DNA of 64,000 nt, taken from assembly GCA_973895155.1 (NCBI GenBank), contig OZ316895.1:2157659-2221658 (forward strand), written 5' to 3'. Positions 50,692 to 64,000 of this stretch are shown piece by piece. Position numbers and translations under genes: made by a program. The notes beneath the pieces were generated by a model. It did no database searches and was not told the DNA's origin. It saw nothing but the letters and a program-made list of their open reading frames with translations. How positions within the stretch are numbered: position 1 is the stretch's first letter; each line of letters starts with the position of its first letter. This DNA comes from Marsupella aquatica. Taxonomy: Eukaryota > Plantae > Marchantiophyta.

Positions 50692-52704
50692 TAAATAACG
50701 AAACCTTACTTAGTCAATACTGTATCGTGCGCAATCAACTTCATTGATGATTTTTTGATGAATCATTTGTACCCCAATTTCCTGAGGCTTTGGTATTGGC
50801 ATATGATTGATAAAAGCAAATGAGTGACTCTCTTTGTGTGAGCTTTGATGTGCTCCCCCAATCCTGCTCACGCTAAGATACCAACGTACCACAACTTTCT
50901 CTTGGATTGATTTCCAAAACCCTAGCTCCAACTCTAAATTACTTGCCCAACCCATTTGGATGTATCATCAAATTGTGCCATGAAGGCTGGCTAATGAGAG
51001 CTTAATTTCCTTTTTATCTTGTGTCAATAATGTCAACTTTTTCTTTCTCAATTTAGCTTTATCAAGACCCTCTTTCCCTGCCCGTGCACTCTAAGTGATT
51101 TCTTTGACCCCCCTTCAGGTGAGGTTGTATGGCCCCCACCTCAATGTTTGTCTTTTGGAGCACACCCTTAGTTATGTTTCTTTATTTTCCATTTGCTTTT
51201 GCATGCCTTTAGATACTATATTCCATTATTCATTTTTTGGCCCGCCCATCCGGCCCTAACCCCCTTGTATGTTTGTGGTTGGCTGGTTGGCTTTCTCCAT
51301 AGGTTTATTTATCCTACCTGCCTTCATGGTTTATTTGTCGTTGCTTCCCATGGGAATTACACTAGGTAAACAAGGAATGGGGGAAATCATATGCAATTAG
51401 CTGTGGTTTTCATGCAAACACATACATCTTTCATATATGCACCTTCCATCCCAACAAATGAATTTTTCATGTCAATCATGTTGAGCAAACGGCTCATACT
51501 CAAAGATGACATCCACATGTTGCAATATCCAATGAGCATACAAGTAGTTGACACAAGTAAGAACTCAAGAGATACATGGTTCACCTCTACGGGATCTCCA
51601 TTCATGCGGGCATTCATGAGAACACATAATGGTCTTCATTGAACTTCAAGTCAATTGGGCATATTGAGTCTACATTCAGTTAGCTTCTCCATTCCTAGAT
51701 AAGTTTGTAACAATGAGCCTAAGTTACACTCACTATACCAGTCATGTTAGGGAATATACTTGTAGCACATAACCTCCACCTTAACCAAGTACATGACTAC
51801 GGGTAGAGCCCAGGCTAGAGAAACTATGGCTACATAGTACTTAACTCTAGACCCAAGAGTATGCCTAACAAGTCATTTTGAGAACTATCTTTCATACGGG
51901 GATTAGTCTATGCTAAGTGATGCATTGCATGCATGAGCCTCAAGATTTTCTCTTCTTCCTCCATTCCTCTCCCACATGTGGGATTCCCCTATGACCAGTC
52001 TTCCAAGCCACCCTCGTTTCAGTGCAACACCATTTGTTTATAAGCCTTCACCTCTACTCCTTGGACAACTACACCTCTTCCTTACCTGTCTGCTATCTTC
52101 CATATCAATGACATTAGGTCGAGATATATGTATGTAGCATACTTTAGTGTAGAAGACTTTTGTTTCCTACTTGCCACAATGGAGCAAGCACTAGAATTTA
52201 ACAACAACTAATTTAACAACTAAGATGGAGTAAGTAGCAGTTACAGATGTAATGCAAGTAATGATCTCACTATTCAATGAGTTGAGTCACAAAACCACAT
52301 AGTCGAAGTTCTGATATTAGCAAGACTTGTTGGTGACTTGGTGGTTTAAGTGAGAGTGATCTACTCAGTTAAGTATCTATCTATCTATCTATACTATCAT
52401 TAGCAATCAAAGTCTATATATCCATTCATGACCTACTCTGTAGTGTCCAGAGAGACAGTCATGGCTGTGTGATAACTCACTTGACTGAAGACTAATAGGT
52501 ATTGGGTTCAAATGTTGTGATTGACTAATACTTTCTGTGAGGTCTCAATTTCTCCTTTACAAAAAAAGTTTTAGAAAATGACCTATTCCGTAGAGTGAAA
52601 CCGTAAGCAATACTTTTCTACTAATATAAACTATGCTTGTGAATAGGACGGACTTGACGAGTCTGGGTACAAGGATCCTCCCTGTGCATACCTATGGACA
52701 TGTA

Positions 52705-52852
52705 GGCTAGTCAGATATATTGCAAGTTAAGACCCCAACATGGGGATGACTGAGATGCGTTAAAAAAATGACGTGACGGGCTAGTCAGATATATTGCAAG
52801 TTAGGATCCCAACATGGGGATGACTGAGATGCGTAAAAAAAATGACTTGACG
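52705..52852. repeat. 74-bp tandem duplication upstream of ubiquitin-RPL40
   Basis: GGCTAGTCAGATATATTGCAAGTTA.GA.CCCAACATGGGGATGACTGAGATGCGT.AAAAAAATGAC.TGACG starts at 52705 and 52779. Confidence 0.9.
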
Positions 52853-53157
52853 TGGTCAACAACCAGAAAGACGATGCTCGGCCTCTCAGTGCATGACACT
52901 TGTTTGTAAGGCAGTGGACCAGTAGCCTCCCTCCACAAGTTGAGTTAAATGATGCTAATCGTGGTGACTTCAGATATTAGCAGGAGTCCCTCGTGACACT
53001 GGTGGTTTAAGCTCAGGTATCAGATATAACGTGAGTAAAGGATTCCAACTTTTGGACGGCTGAGATGAGTCGAAGAAATATACAGACCGTGATCGACGAC
53101 CACAAAGATCGTTCCCTGCCTGACAGCGCTTGACATCTGCCTGTAAGGCAGTAAGTG

Positions 53158-53165
53158 TAGGGTTT
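53158..53165. promoter_or_regulatory. Telobox (TAGGGTTT) in the ubiquitin-RPL40 promoter
   Basis: Exact reverse-complement telobox about 180 bp upstream of the ATG of a ribosomal-protein gene. Confidence 0.5.
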
Positions 53166-53257
53166 AGTTTTAGGGCAGCGGTGCTTTTGCCGCTGTCTCC
53201 TCTTCCTTTCGATATCGCTACGTCGTCGACTCGATGAAGCTTCTTTTACCACTGTGA

Positions 53258-54654
<1,397 letters not shown>

Positions 54655-54882
54655 ACGAGACGCGGAGTACTGTGGGTTTCCCTTTACAGAACCAGCCCTC
54701 CAAGGTTCGGACGCTTGGATTGCATCTGTACCTTTGAAGGGAAAATCGCCCTGTAGAATTTTGACTTTGAAACGGAATGCAGTACATGTACTTTTGGAAC
54801 CATTTATATTGGGCCATTACTTGCCATATTGTTGTCAGTAAAGGTTCTAAGTCGTGTTCCGGGAAGCTGTTGTTAAATAAAA

Positions 54883-55446
54883 TTACCGTCTAACGCAAGT
54901 AACATCTTTGGAACGAGTGCAATCAGTATCCTCTGGGCAGTACTCCAGGAGTTCTGGTGTATGTGAATCCTTCAGGTGCTTCTCAAGCTCATCTAAACCC
55001 ACTACCTCATATTCTAGGAACGTGTTTTCCTGACTTGCTAGTCCATGCAATGACTCCATCCGGTCTGTTGACGTGCTTTCCTTGGGAGGATTTTGCTTTG
55101 TTGCCGTTTCGTTAGTCTCTGAGTGAGTGTCAGCACTCTTTGTTTTCTTGAGGAAGCCAGTTTCGTTACACATCATATGTGAATACTCCGTCAGTGGCTG
55201 AATGGCACTCTCACTTCCTTCCAATTCATCGTCCTTTGATTTAGCTGTGTCTTGAGTCCGACCTAGTCTCGACCTGCACCAAAGGCCACGAGGAGTCGAA
55301 GTGAATGACGGTGTCCCGTAGCACAAGATTGGCGCACTCTTAACACGGTGAACTGAGTTTTCAGGACGAGAACAATTTCTCTTTGTTACTTGATATGTAG
55401 CCATTGGGTTTTGCCCAGTGCTTTTCTTGTGAAAGGAAGTGATCAA
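54883..55446 (-). CDS. Possible orphan ORF (187 aa, S/T/E/K-rich), unverified
   Basis: 564-nt open frame in otherwise stop-rich intergenic DNA. The first in-frame ATG is internal (MATYQV...), and I recognised no domain. Confidence 0.25.
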   Translation of the reverse strand: MITSFHKKSTGQNPMATYQVTKRNCSRPENSVHRVKSAPILCYGTPSFTSTPRGLWCRSRLGRTQDTAKSKDDELEGSESAIQPLTEYSHMMCNETGFLKKTKSADTHSETNETATKQNPPKESTSTDRMESLHGLASQENTFLEYEVVGLDELEKHLKDSHTPELLEYCPEDTDCTRSKDVTCVRR

Positions 55447-56634
55447 TTACACTTTGGTGAAGTGAAGAATGTTATGAGTAGATGACTCATCTTGACTGGG
55501 GATGCGATAGACATCAAGCGTCTGTCATTTACTCTCTAGATGTGCTTCAATCACGATGATTGTCGCGTCGGTTTCACACATCACACGGACTGAACGTAAA
55601 ACGAATATATTTCCAAAAAGTCATTTGTTTTGAATAATCTCCCCAAGTTGCAACTGAAACTAAAATCACGTTTTAACCTATGTTTCAACTTCTCACGAAC
55701 TGACGAAAGGATACTAGATTTGCTTATCAGCCTGTGGAATGAAAGTAGCAGATATCCTCTGCAACGATAAATCTGTCGTCGCTAAAGGAAATGGTATGTG
55801 CTCTAGAAAAGTTTCTACCGAGAGGAAAGGTGTCTCATGATCTATCTCAGGTGATATTGAGATGAAGTAGGACCTGGGCTCAATCAAAGAGGGACGTTGC
55901 CAGGCAGAGTTTTTAGTCCTACCTTCCCCTCTTGGCCACTTCATCCATTTCTGTCATTACTTCACAAATGACGTTGCATTAGTGAACAAACAACTAGCAA
56001 CAAATCTTAGAATTTACCATACAAGAGGACAAAACAAGTTTCATTTAAAAAAAAATGTGGCTCAGGTCCTCTATACCATACTCTCAACTGGACAGGGCAA
56101 AAGCGTATCTTCCGTGGAACTTAAGAGTCGAAAGGGGGGAGTCCTAAGTACATTGTCGACAGCAATATTGTACACAGTACCACCTCCAGCTCCAATTCGA
56201 ATGAATCAACATCTTTTGCAAAATGTCGGGCTTCAATGAATCAGTCACAGATGTTTAAATAATAATTAAGTGAACTGATGTCTCCAAAGAATGATACACA
56301 CGTGACCTATACACGGCGGCGTCCTTTCGAAAGAATTGGACAATTCACTATGACTGCAACTCTGTGAAATACCGAAAATAGTCTCCAATACCCTTCTGAT
56401 CAATTTCAGAGAAAATCTCTGGAGTTGGAACCCACCCCGATAAGATTTAGCTGTGAAGTCATCAGACAAAACTAAGATGACAAAACCTGCTTTAGCCTTC
56501 CCTGATGTGGGAAGATTCAGTCAACATAGGTAGAAACGATTTATAACAGTTCAGGTACAGTAGGGAGGACAACACTCCTAGTCATCGGTTGTTTTTAAAG
56601 ATTCAGCAATGGAAGTCGGCGAATCGAAAGAATA

Positions 56635-59600
56635 TTAAGTTATCATTTCAGACAGTTCTAACCTTGATTCAGTTTCAGTAGATTTTTCGGTAGAATCCTC
56701 CACTGGCGAGGCTGTATCCTGTTGCGCTTCGTTAGTTTCTTCTGTTGTGGGTTCAGAGTCTTCCACCACACTTCGGGCGACACTTTCTTCTCCAAGACTA
56801 ACAGCTGTTCCTATACCTCTCGACTCTGATTCTTGGTGTTCAGCCTCTAGTCCTGATTCTGAGTGAAGGTTTGAATTTCCTTCAGTAAGCAGTTCTGCCA
56901 TCTCTTCAGGTCTTGTCAAAATTTGGGCAAGAGTCTCAGTAGAAGAGACATTCTCCTGAGGGTTCACATCAGATTCATGCGGTTTGGCACTAGGTAAGGG
57001 GATATGAGGCTTATCGGCAGTTGCAGAACTTTCGACAGCTTTTCTAAGAGCCACATATCTCAAAACAAGTTCCTTATACTCATGCAGCAGTGATTCGACA
57101 TCCACTACTCTCAGATCCCCTGCACTTGCATATAGAAAAGGGTAGTCTTTTGCAAGCTCTCCGCTTTTATCTGCTTCCAAAACTTGACCAAATGCTTCGG
57201 TTTCCATCTTCTCTACAGACAGTGGTTTTGTATTGGTACCTTCCTGAGAGCCCAGCTCCTCCGTATAGGCAACCGGTTGCCCTTTAGGATCATTCTGCCT
57301 CCCTCCTTTTCCAGACAGAACGGGGTCATTATCTGTGGTAGACACTCCCCTGGTCGCATCTTTGGTCTTGGCTGCCTTTTCCTTGACTATGGACTTTTCT
57401 CTAGCAGAAGATGTTTTCTCATTTTCCGCCAACGTGGATGCAACAACATTCATAGCGTCCAATTCTCTACGACCAGCCTCCATCTTTTCATCGAACTCAG
57501 CAGGATCTATAGTCAGCGACGTGGCATCCAAGTTTGCAATAAAAGACTCTGCAGAGACAAGGTTTGTGTAAAAGTATTGTGCTTCTGATACAAGTCGATT
57601 CTGATGGCGGTACCGTTGAATATACAGAAGGTTCGAATGTAGCTGTGGTGGATTTGCCTGTTACAGTAGAGAAAAATAAGAGATGGTACTTGCCCTTCCC
57701 AATTAGGTCACAACTCAAAAGAACATCCTGAAGTATCCAGAACACAACAGCAGCCACCTGCAAGAGACAAAAATCAAGACTAATATAATAGATAGCCTCA
57801 TGGAAGATGGTGTTAAGTACCTTGATGACAACATAGATTAGGACAGGCAGAAAGTCATCAGCTCCGGGAGGGTTGTCTTTGTTTGCCATCGAAACGTTCA
57901 ACAAAAGGTTGTTTATGACACGGCAACAATTAAGAATGCACACCAACTTGTCACGGGGAGCCTTGTAGGTATTTATTTTTTGCAACTCCTTCTGTGCCAG
58001 CTGCAGCCATAGTCATTGAGAGTGACACGAGTCAACAATTGCTCAGGAAAGCAGAACTTCAATTTTCTTAGAGAAGTGCTGCGAGTTGTTGAAACTCGTG
58101 GATTTAAAGCTTCCATACTCTAATTATGCAAAGTGGGGACTTCAAGAAAGTATTGAATTTAGCCATCCCTCCAATTCTTAACACATTCAACAATCCTCTC
58201 TTGTTCGGCTAGAAGGACGCAGGAGAGATTGGAGATTGATCAGCATTGGGAAAGTGATTTTAATTCCGACATACAAGCCAAGATGTCTCGTTTTGAAAGC
58301 TTTCGCTTATATCCAGATGCTCAGGCCGAATAAACTTCTGGAGTATGGACATCTTCTCTGAGAGCCGTTGGTCTTGCTCTACCTCTTCTGAGAGTGGTGC
58401 AAATGCACGTGTAAAGAGCTTAGTCATGAGGTACTTTTCCAGACCCTGCAATTGACAACATCATGATCCCATGTAAATGAACCTATGAAATACGTAAATA
58501 ATTGTTGAATTCGAGACCCGAAGGCCTGAGAATCCGTTATATCTCTTCCACACCATTAAACGCAACATGGCGGAATCATTGTTACAAGAACTGAGCTCTG
58601 ACTGCTAAGGAAATTCCACTGAGTGAGTCTATGGACGGGTGAGGATGGACAGAACCTAACTCCGCCTTCCACTTGTAAGCATCCCGGATGGCTTGCAAGA
58701 AACTACTACTGTAAGCTGAACCAATAACACAAATCTCTATCGGTGTAGGTTCTCACCTCGCCAGAACTCTCAAACTCCTCATCTGTAGCACCTGCCCACA
58801 AAGGATGTGCTCTAAAGGCATCCTCAGTTGTTGTCAGAAAGTCTTGTACGCTTTGACTGTCCCTCTCAGGTTCAGGAGGATTGCTCAAAAAAGCACCAAT
58901 AAAACTGCAAACCACCAAAGATAGTATCAACGAGGAAAATCATACAAAGCCATGGTCTAATACTAGGAGTACCTGGTTCTTGACGAGCCGAATGTAAAGC
59001 AAGTCCTTTCTGGCTGTAAGAAGCCAATTCCTTCACAATAGAAAAGTAGCATCTACCTCATAGGCCTTTCCTGTAACCGTGAATAAATTGTCGCACATGA
59101 TTCTTTTAAACGACTGATGCTCTCTTGGCTGGCAGATTATGCATACTATGAAATAGCTGTGCTTTGTACCCTTGAAAGTTTGTATGAGGTCTTCCATACC
59201 ACCTAGTGAGATTGATCAAAGCAGGATCGGAAGGGAGTTTGGATGGAAACAAGAAGCTACGCCATCTTGAAATATTTAAAAAAAAAAATTGAAGACACAG
59301 TGAAAAATGAACCGACTTCAAGTCGAAACTTCCCAAAACCAGCCATTTAAAAGGTCGACTCAAGCGTTTGAGTGGCAAAAAATTAGAGCCCAGGACATCC
59401 TCGCAAACATAATGAGGCAGTCAATTTCCACCAGTATTTGGGATTTCCACGGAGCTTACGTGGTGTCTCACTCTTGACGTCATCATAGTGAAGTGAAATG
59501 AGAGCACAAAGATAGACTGAACGAGAAACGTCAGGAATTCAAAGATAAGCTTAATTGCAATGATCCTTCAAACATTATGGTCTTTGGAAGCAATAGTATT

Positions 59601-59962
59601 TTCTAACAAAAAGTATGCCAAAATGATGTGATCGCAGAACCTACTTGTCCGGCTTCTGTGACTTTGTCCTTTCTGGTGGATTACTAGCAGACACAGAAAT
59701 TCAAGGGTCATGCAAATGATTTCAATGGCCAACATTGGGGTTCGCTTGGGGCTGGCGAGGTGCGTTGGTTTGCATTCAGAATGGATCCCAATTAGAAGAA
59801 CTGACAAGGAAAAGGGCACAAAGTGTCAAACTCTTGGTAGAAATTAACGCACTTTTTGATGGACCGAACTAGATCAGCAGCAGACGGATGGCGCATGCGG
59901 TCCAGAAAGTCGTGGAAAGTGAGCTGCGCTGTGGCGTTATTAAACATATCCACGTTCTCCAT
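56635..59962 (-). CDS. VPS9A: VPS9-domain Rab5 guanine-nucleotide exchange factor (VPS9a type); exons 59962-59853, 58904-58757, 58445-58275, 58000-57821, 57657-56635
   Basis: [117 protein letters not shown] and the C-terminal YPFLYASAGDL...LLHEYKELVLRY motif. Confidence 0.96.
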
Positions 59963-62526
59963 CGCTCCTCTATCCTTGCTCGTCCTTCCGCTTGTCCTCT
60001 AAGTTGGCTCCGGCCTTCGTTTAGCTCCCTTGACTTCTCTATCCTCGTCCTCCTCCTGAATTCATTTCTGACAACAGGAGATAAAGTGCACAGACAAAGG
60101 CTGTCAATTTGGACATCCCAGAAGGTTTTCAAAACGCCTCGTTAATCAGACGTGACCCTATTAGTTCTTAAACATGCCATGCAGTCTTATTAATACAGCA
60201 GCATTTTTGTCTTTATCAGAAAAAATCAAAGTTTTCAAAGATTCTTGGGCTTCAAATCAGAGTACAAAACCAAAGTAGCTCTTCAGAAAGGTCGACAAAC
60301 TGCGCAATACTGTACTTCACCTTTAACTAGGAAAGTTGTATCGCGACTTGCAGAAAGGAGGTGAGAGGAAAACTACGCCATACAAATAGGGAAAGCCCGA
60401 CCCAAAAGTTCAGGAATCTACACCCAAAGATAATTCTTCAAAATTCATAACCCTAAAGAGTATGTACTCACTCTCTACACTATCGTCCTCTGCCAGTAAG
60501 ACAATGCAGCCAGGTAAACTAAAAACCTGATAGGCAATATTGTCACCTCTCTATCCTCATAAAAATAAACCGATCCCCGACAAATGATGGCAGCTTACAC
60601 AAAAAACGAATCTAGGTGGGGAAGACGTGGACAGCAAAGAAAAGTGACGATGCGTGCAAGCCTATCTAATCAAGACTTCCTTCTCTCCGAACTCTCAGCC
60701 CTCATCTCCATATTCAGGCACCAATGGTTGCGTTGTGAGCACTGATCGGCAACAATCCTGGAGGGGAAAGGAGAATTACCCGGCGACGTGCAGCAGCTAA
60801 ATTCTTCTGTTCTTGGAGGGCATTACAGAATTACTCGACGAGGTTGAGGAAGGTGCAGTTGAGGTGTGAGCAGCGGGGGCAAGGACATCATGCCCTTCAC
60901 GGCGCGGCAATGGGCAATTGAGCAATCGGCAAGGATGACTTCCGCTCTCCCGATCGCCTCGTCCTTTCAAATTTGCGCCTGTGCCCTATTCCATCCTCAA
61001 CCCCTCTTCTTTGGAGTCTTACATCTACAAACACACCTTCCCATGGTATCCGGCTGTGTTGAAGCTGCAGAAATGCTCCACTCCAATTAATTTTCTCCAT
61101 CGCCGTCCATCATTCACGCTATCATTTCTCAATCTCGACAATCAGAATCAGAAAATCACATTCTACTGCTCCGTCTCCTTCGAATTTATCCTTCGCAGAT
61201 GACGCTCTCTATCGACAAGGCACTCTCCACCTGTAGATCTACTAACTAGTCCTTGCTCCTCGTGCATCCCAGGGACTGAAGAAATTTCCTGAACGAGTGC
61301 CCAACAAACATTGAGAAGGAAAAAGTGTCCAAACCATGAAAGCCGTTGAATCTTCGGATGGACCGAGCTTTTGAACCATACGAACCCCTCAACGGGTGAC
61401 ACTCGTCTACGTTCAGCCCTTCGCGATTTTTCCAACCGTGACACTCTTTACACTGTCAGTCCGTCACACTCGTCTCCCTTCAGCCCTTCGTGATTTTTCA
61501 CTTTGTAAATTTTCAAGGTAATTCTGGGAGCATAATGCCCCAGTCAAGATCTGGATCCTCCATTTAGTAAATGTACACTTTTACTAAGTTGGGAAACATA
61601 AAAATCTCTCACCTCTTCAAGTGTAGTAAGGTCCTGTTTCATGACCATTATGGGCAATAATTCCACCTCAAAACTAGAGCTGAAGCTTTAGTTTGTGAAC
61701 AGGACTTTACTGTATACAAAGGTTTTTTGATTGCCAGATTTTGACTTTCAATTTCTTCCTTGATAAAGTTTGTTCTTTGGTTAGTCAGAAGTGGCTTGCA
61801 CTAGCGTTCCAACTAGTGTAATCTAGCCAATTTTCATTAAGAATTGAGAAATCTATGAAATTTAGGGATTATCTCTCACTTGCTTTACACTTTCCCACTT
61901 CTGAAAGTTTTTCATTGCCAAACTTCTACCTTCAATTTCTTCCTGGTTATGAAAGGTGATAGCATGTTCTTAGGTTTGTTAGGAGCTGTTTGGAAAGATC
62001 ATTTCAATGAGTCTAATACAGTCAACTTTTCATCAACCATTGAGAGATCTGTTCAATGAGTCTAATAGAATCTACTTTCATTAAGCATTGAGACAACTAC
62101 AAAATTCCAAAGATGAATGTCTTGTTTTCTCACATTTCAAAAACAAAAGTTTTGTTGCTGTCCTTCCCAATTGCAAAGTACATCCAAGTGTTTTGGCAAA
62201 CATGGAGGTCCACCGGGGCTTCAATTTCCATGAAAGACACACTATTTTGTTTTCATGGCTAGGGGATGAGCGTTGATCTGATAGGTCCCACATTCAACCC
62301 CCATCTCACAGGCTCTTTGGTCTTCCTGGGTTTTTATCTTGTTTTTACCTTATTGGGTCTCTTGCCTTTGGGATCATGTGGTCCCATTTGACACCTGTGG
62401 TTTCCCTTGTATTAGTCCCTTTATTGGGGGTCTCATGCCTTGGTGATCTGGTTTCCTGGCTTGCCATTTTTTGTTCTTTGGCATTGTTATGTATACTGAG
62501 ACACACCTGGTTTTCTTATTGTAGAC

Positions 62527-63283
62527 TGAACTCACTAAGTGCACACTCTATAAGTGTAAACCCTGGTTTATTGCAAGGGAGGCCTTTCTCCTTTCTTCCC
62601 TAGCAACTTGCATGTTTTTAAAGTGCACAATGGTTTCATTAGAAGATAATTTTCTAAAAGAACTCTCTATTAGAGTGTATAAAAACTTCTTAGGGTCGAA
62701 TAAGTGAACTAGAGTGTTCCAACCTCTCGTCAGTAAGTGTTTGTGATTTTTCCATGGTGTATCAGGCTGCAATTAAGGAGTTTTGACAAAGGGCTTTTAG
62801 TCTAACAAGGAACCTAAACCCTAAACCCAGAACTCTTATCAATAAGTGTTTGCAATGTTCTGGGAGTGTATATATTGCGCTTATGGAGTCTTGACATGGG
62901 TGTTTTAGTTTTACGAATGAGCCTCCTTCCAAACATGTGAAGCCACATGTGTCACAGTCCATGCGGTCAGTGTAACTTTTGGGTGTAAAGTGAAGCAATG
63001 TGTGTCACAGTTGATGCAGTCAGTGTAAATTTTGGGTGTGAAGTGAAGCAACGTGTGTCACAGTCCATGCGGTTAGTGTAAATTTTGGGTGTAAAGTGGA
63101 GCAACTTGTGTCACAGTCCATGGGGATGGGCAAAACAAACCCCTTGGTCCATCGGAGCTTAATTTTCAAACCCTAAACTTATCGATAAGTGCAAAAATCT
63201 TTAAACTTGCACTTATTGTGCAAACCATCTATAAGCGCATAACTGGGGAGTCCTGTGTGGAGTGTGCACTTATCGAGAGTTCA
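62527..63283. mobile_element. Putative MITE with imperfect terminal inverted repeats
   Basis: Left TGAACTCACTAAGTGCACACTC versus right GAGTGTGCACTTATCGAGAGTTCA (reverse complement TGAACTCTCGATAAGTGCACACTC). Related motifs recur internally. No TSD was identified. Confidence 0.45.
62947..63121. repeat. ~52-bp tandem repeat, about 3.3 copies
   Basis: TGTGTCACAGTCCATGCGGTCAGTGTAA.TTTTGGGTGTAAAGTGAAGCAA-type units. Confidence 0.88.
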
Positions 63284-63757
63284 CTTCAAGAGCGTCACAT
63301 CAGCTCTCGTTGAGCTCTGTTCTTCTCTCACAGCCTTTGCACCCATGTACAATAGCAGGTCGATGAGCTTTGTTGAAGCTCCGCACAGCAATCTGAGCTC
63401 GATGAAATAGGATTCCGCCTCGTTGAAGTGGTTCGCACCGAGGTCGAAGCCTTTTCTCAAGCTCCCGAAAAAAAAATTTAAGCGCGATCTTTCTGGGTTT
63501 CGTCTGCCGCTACATTAGGTTTAAGCGTTTTGTCAAACTGAGCATGGAAATATTAGCTCTACCAACACTCTGTCTGTGCGCGAGCTTTTCGAGCATTGAG
63601 AGTGATCTTTGAATTTCACGTACTGAAATTTCTGCAACAGTGGCTCCTGGAGCTCACTTGAATGTCTCTGCGGCAATCGGGACTACCGTTTATCATGGTT
63701 TAACAAGCAACTGACTGTGAGAAAGTGTGGCGGCGGTTTTTTACTATCGAAGGAAAA

Positions 63758-64000
63758 ATGGGAGGCAAGGCCAGAGAAAAGACTGCGAAGAGCTTTGAGG
63801 AGGAGGAGGAGGGCTTCCATAATTTTGAAGACTCTGGTGTGGAAGAGGATCTTTCGTCAGATGGAGAGTCAGATGAGGGTGGAGACGATGGACGTGACGA
63901 TGAAACTGGTATGGATGATTCTGGACGCCTTCGGCTTCGTGCAGATATTTCTCTGGAGGGAGAAGAGTATGCTGGCAAGAAAAGCAGCCGGAAGGCAATA
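63758..64000 (+). CDS. 5' end of an AATF/Bfr2-like nucleolar ribosome-biogenesis protein (runs off the window)
   Basis: ATG at 63758 opens an acidic N-terminus followed by GRLRLRADISLEGEEYAGKKSSRKAI, resembling the Bfr2/AATF 'LR....L...Y.G.K.SR' motif. The frame stays open to the window edge. Confidence 0.65.
   Translation, partial: MGGKAREKTAKSFEEEEEGFHNFEDSGVEEDLSSDGESDEGGDDGRDDETGMDDSGRLRLRADISLEGEEYAGKKSSRKAI

Noticed and set aside
52455-52520. tRNA-like A and B boxes (TGGCTGTGTGA ... GGGTTCAAATG)
   Set aside because: No cloverleaf pairing and a degenerate B box. At most an eroded SINE head.

Overview
Eukaryotic land-plant nuclear DNA with spliceosomal introns and plant-type genes and transposons; a bryophyte, possibly a liverwort, is my inference and cannot be proven from the sequence. 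Host genes in order: 3' end of a stand-alone subtilisin-propeptide (I9) inhibitor, an ABC1/UbiB atypical kinase (12 coding exons, one GC-AG intron), a small hydrophilic orphan, a class III peroxidase (-), mitochondrial ATP synthase subunit f, mitochondrial ornithine delta-aminotransferase, RPL32 (-), ubiquitin-RPL40, a VPS9a-type Rab5 GEF (-) and the start of an AATF/Bfr2-like gene. The best non-obvious signal is a tandem pair of box C/D snoRNAs (minus strand, 36554-36656 and 36897-37006) just downstream of RPL32. Each carries a 10-nt guide to the LSU rRNA sequence UGCCCAGUGC (snR76/SNORD88-like). Transposon debris includes a Copia LTR-PBS-gag relic, a PIF/Harbinger transposase pseudogene split by a 297-bp insertion with a 9-bp TSD, a non-autonomous Helitron with both termini, an RPB3 gene fragment and many short tandem duplications. 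I found no CRISPR array, tRNA, rRNA or clearly novel multi-gene system. All family assignments are from recalled motifs, not database searches.
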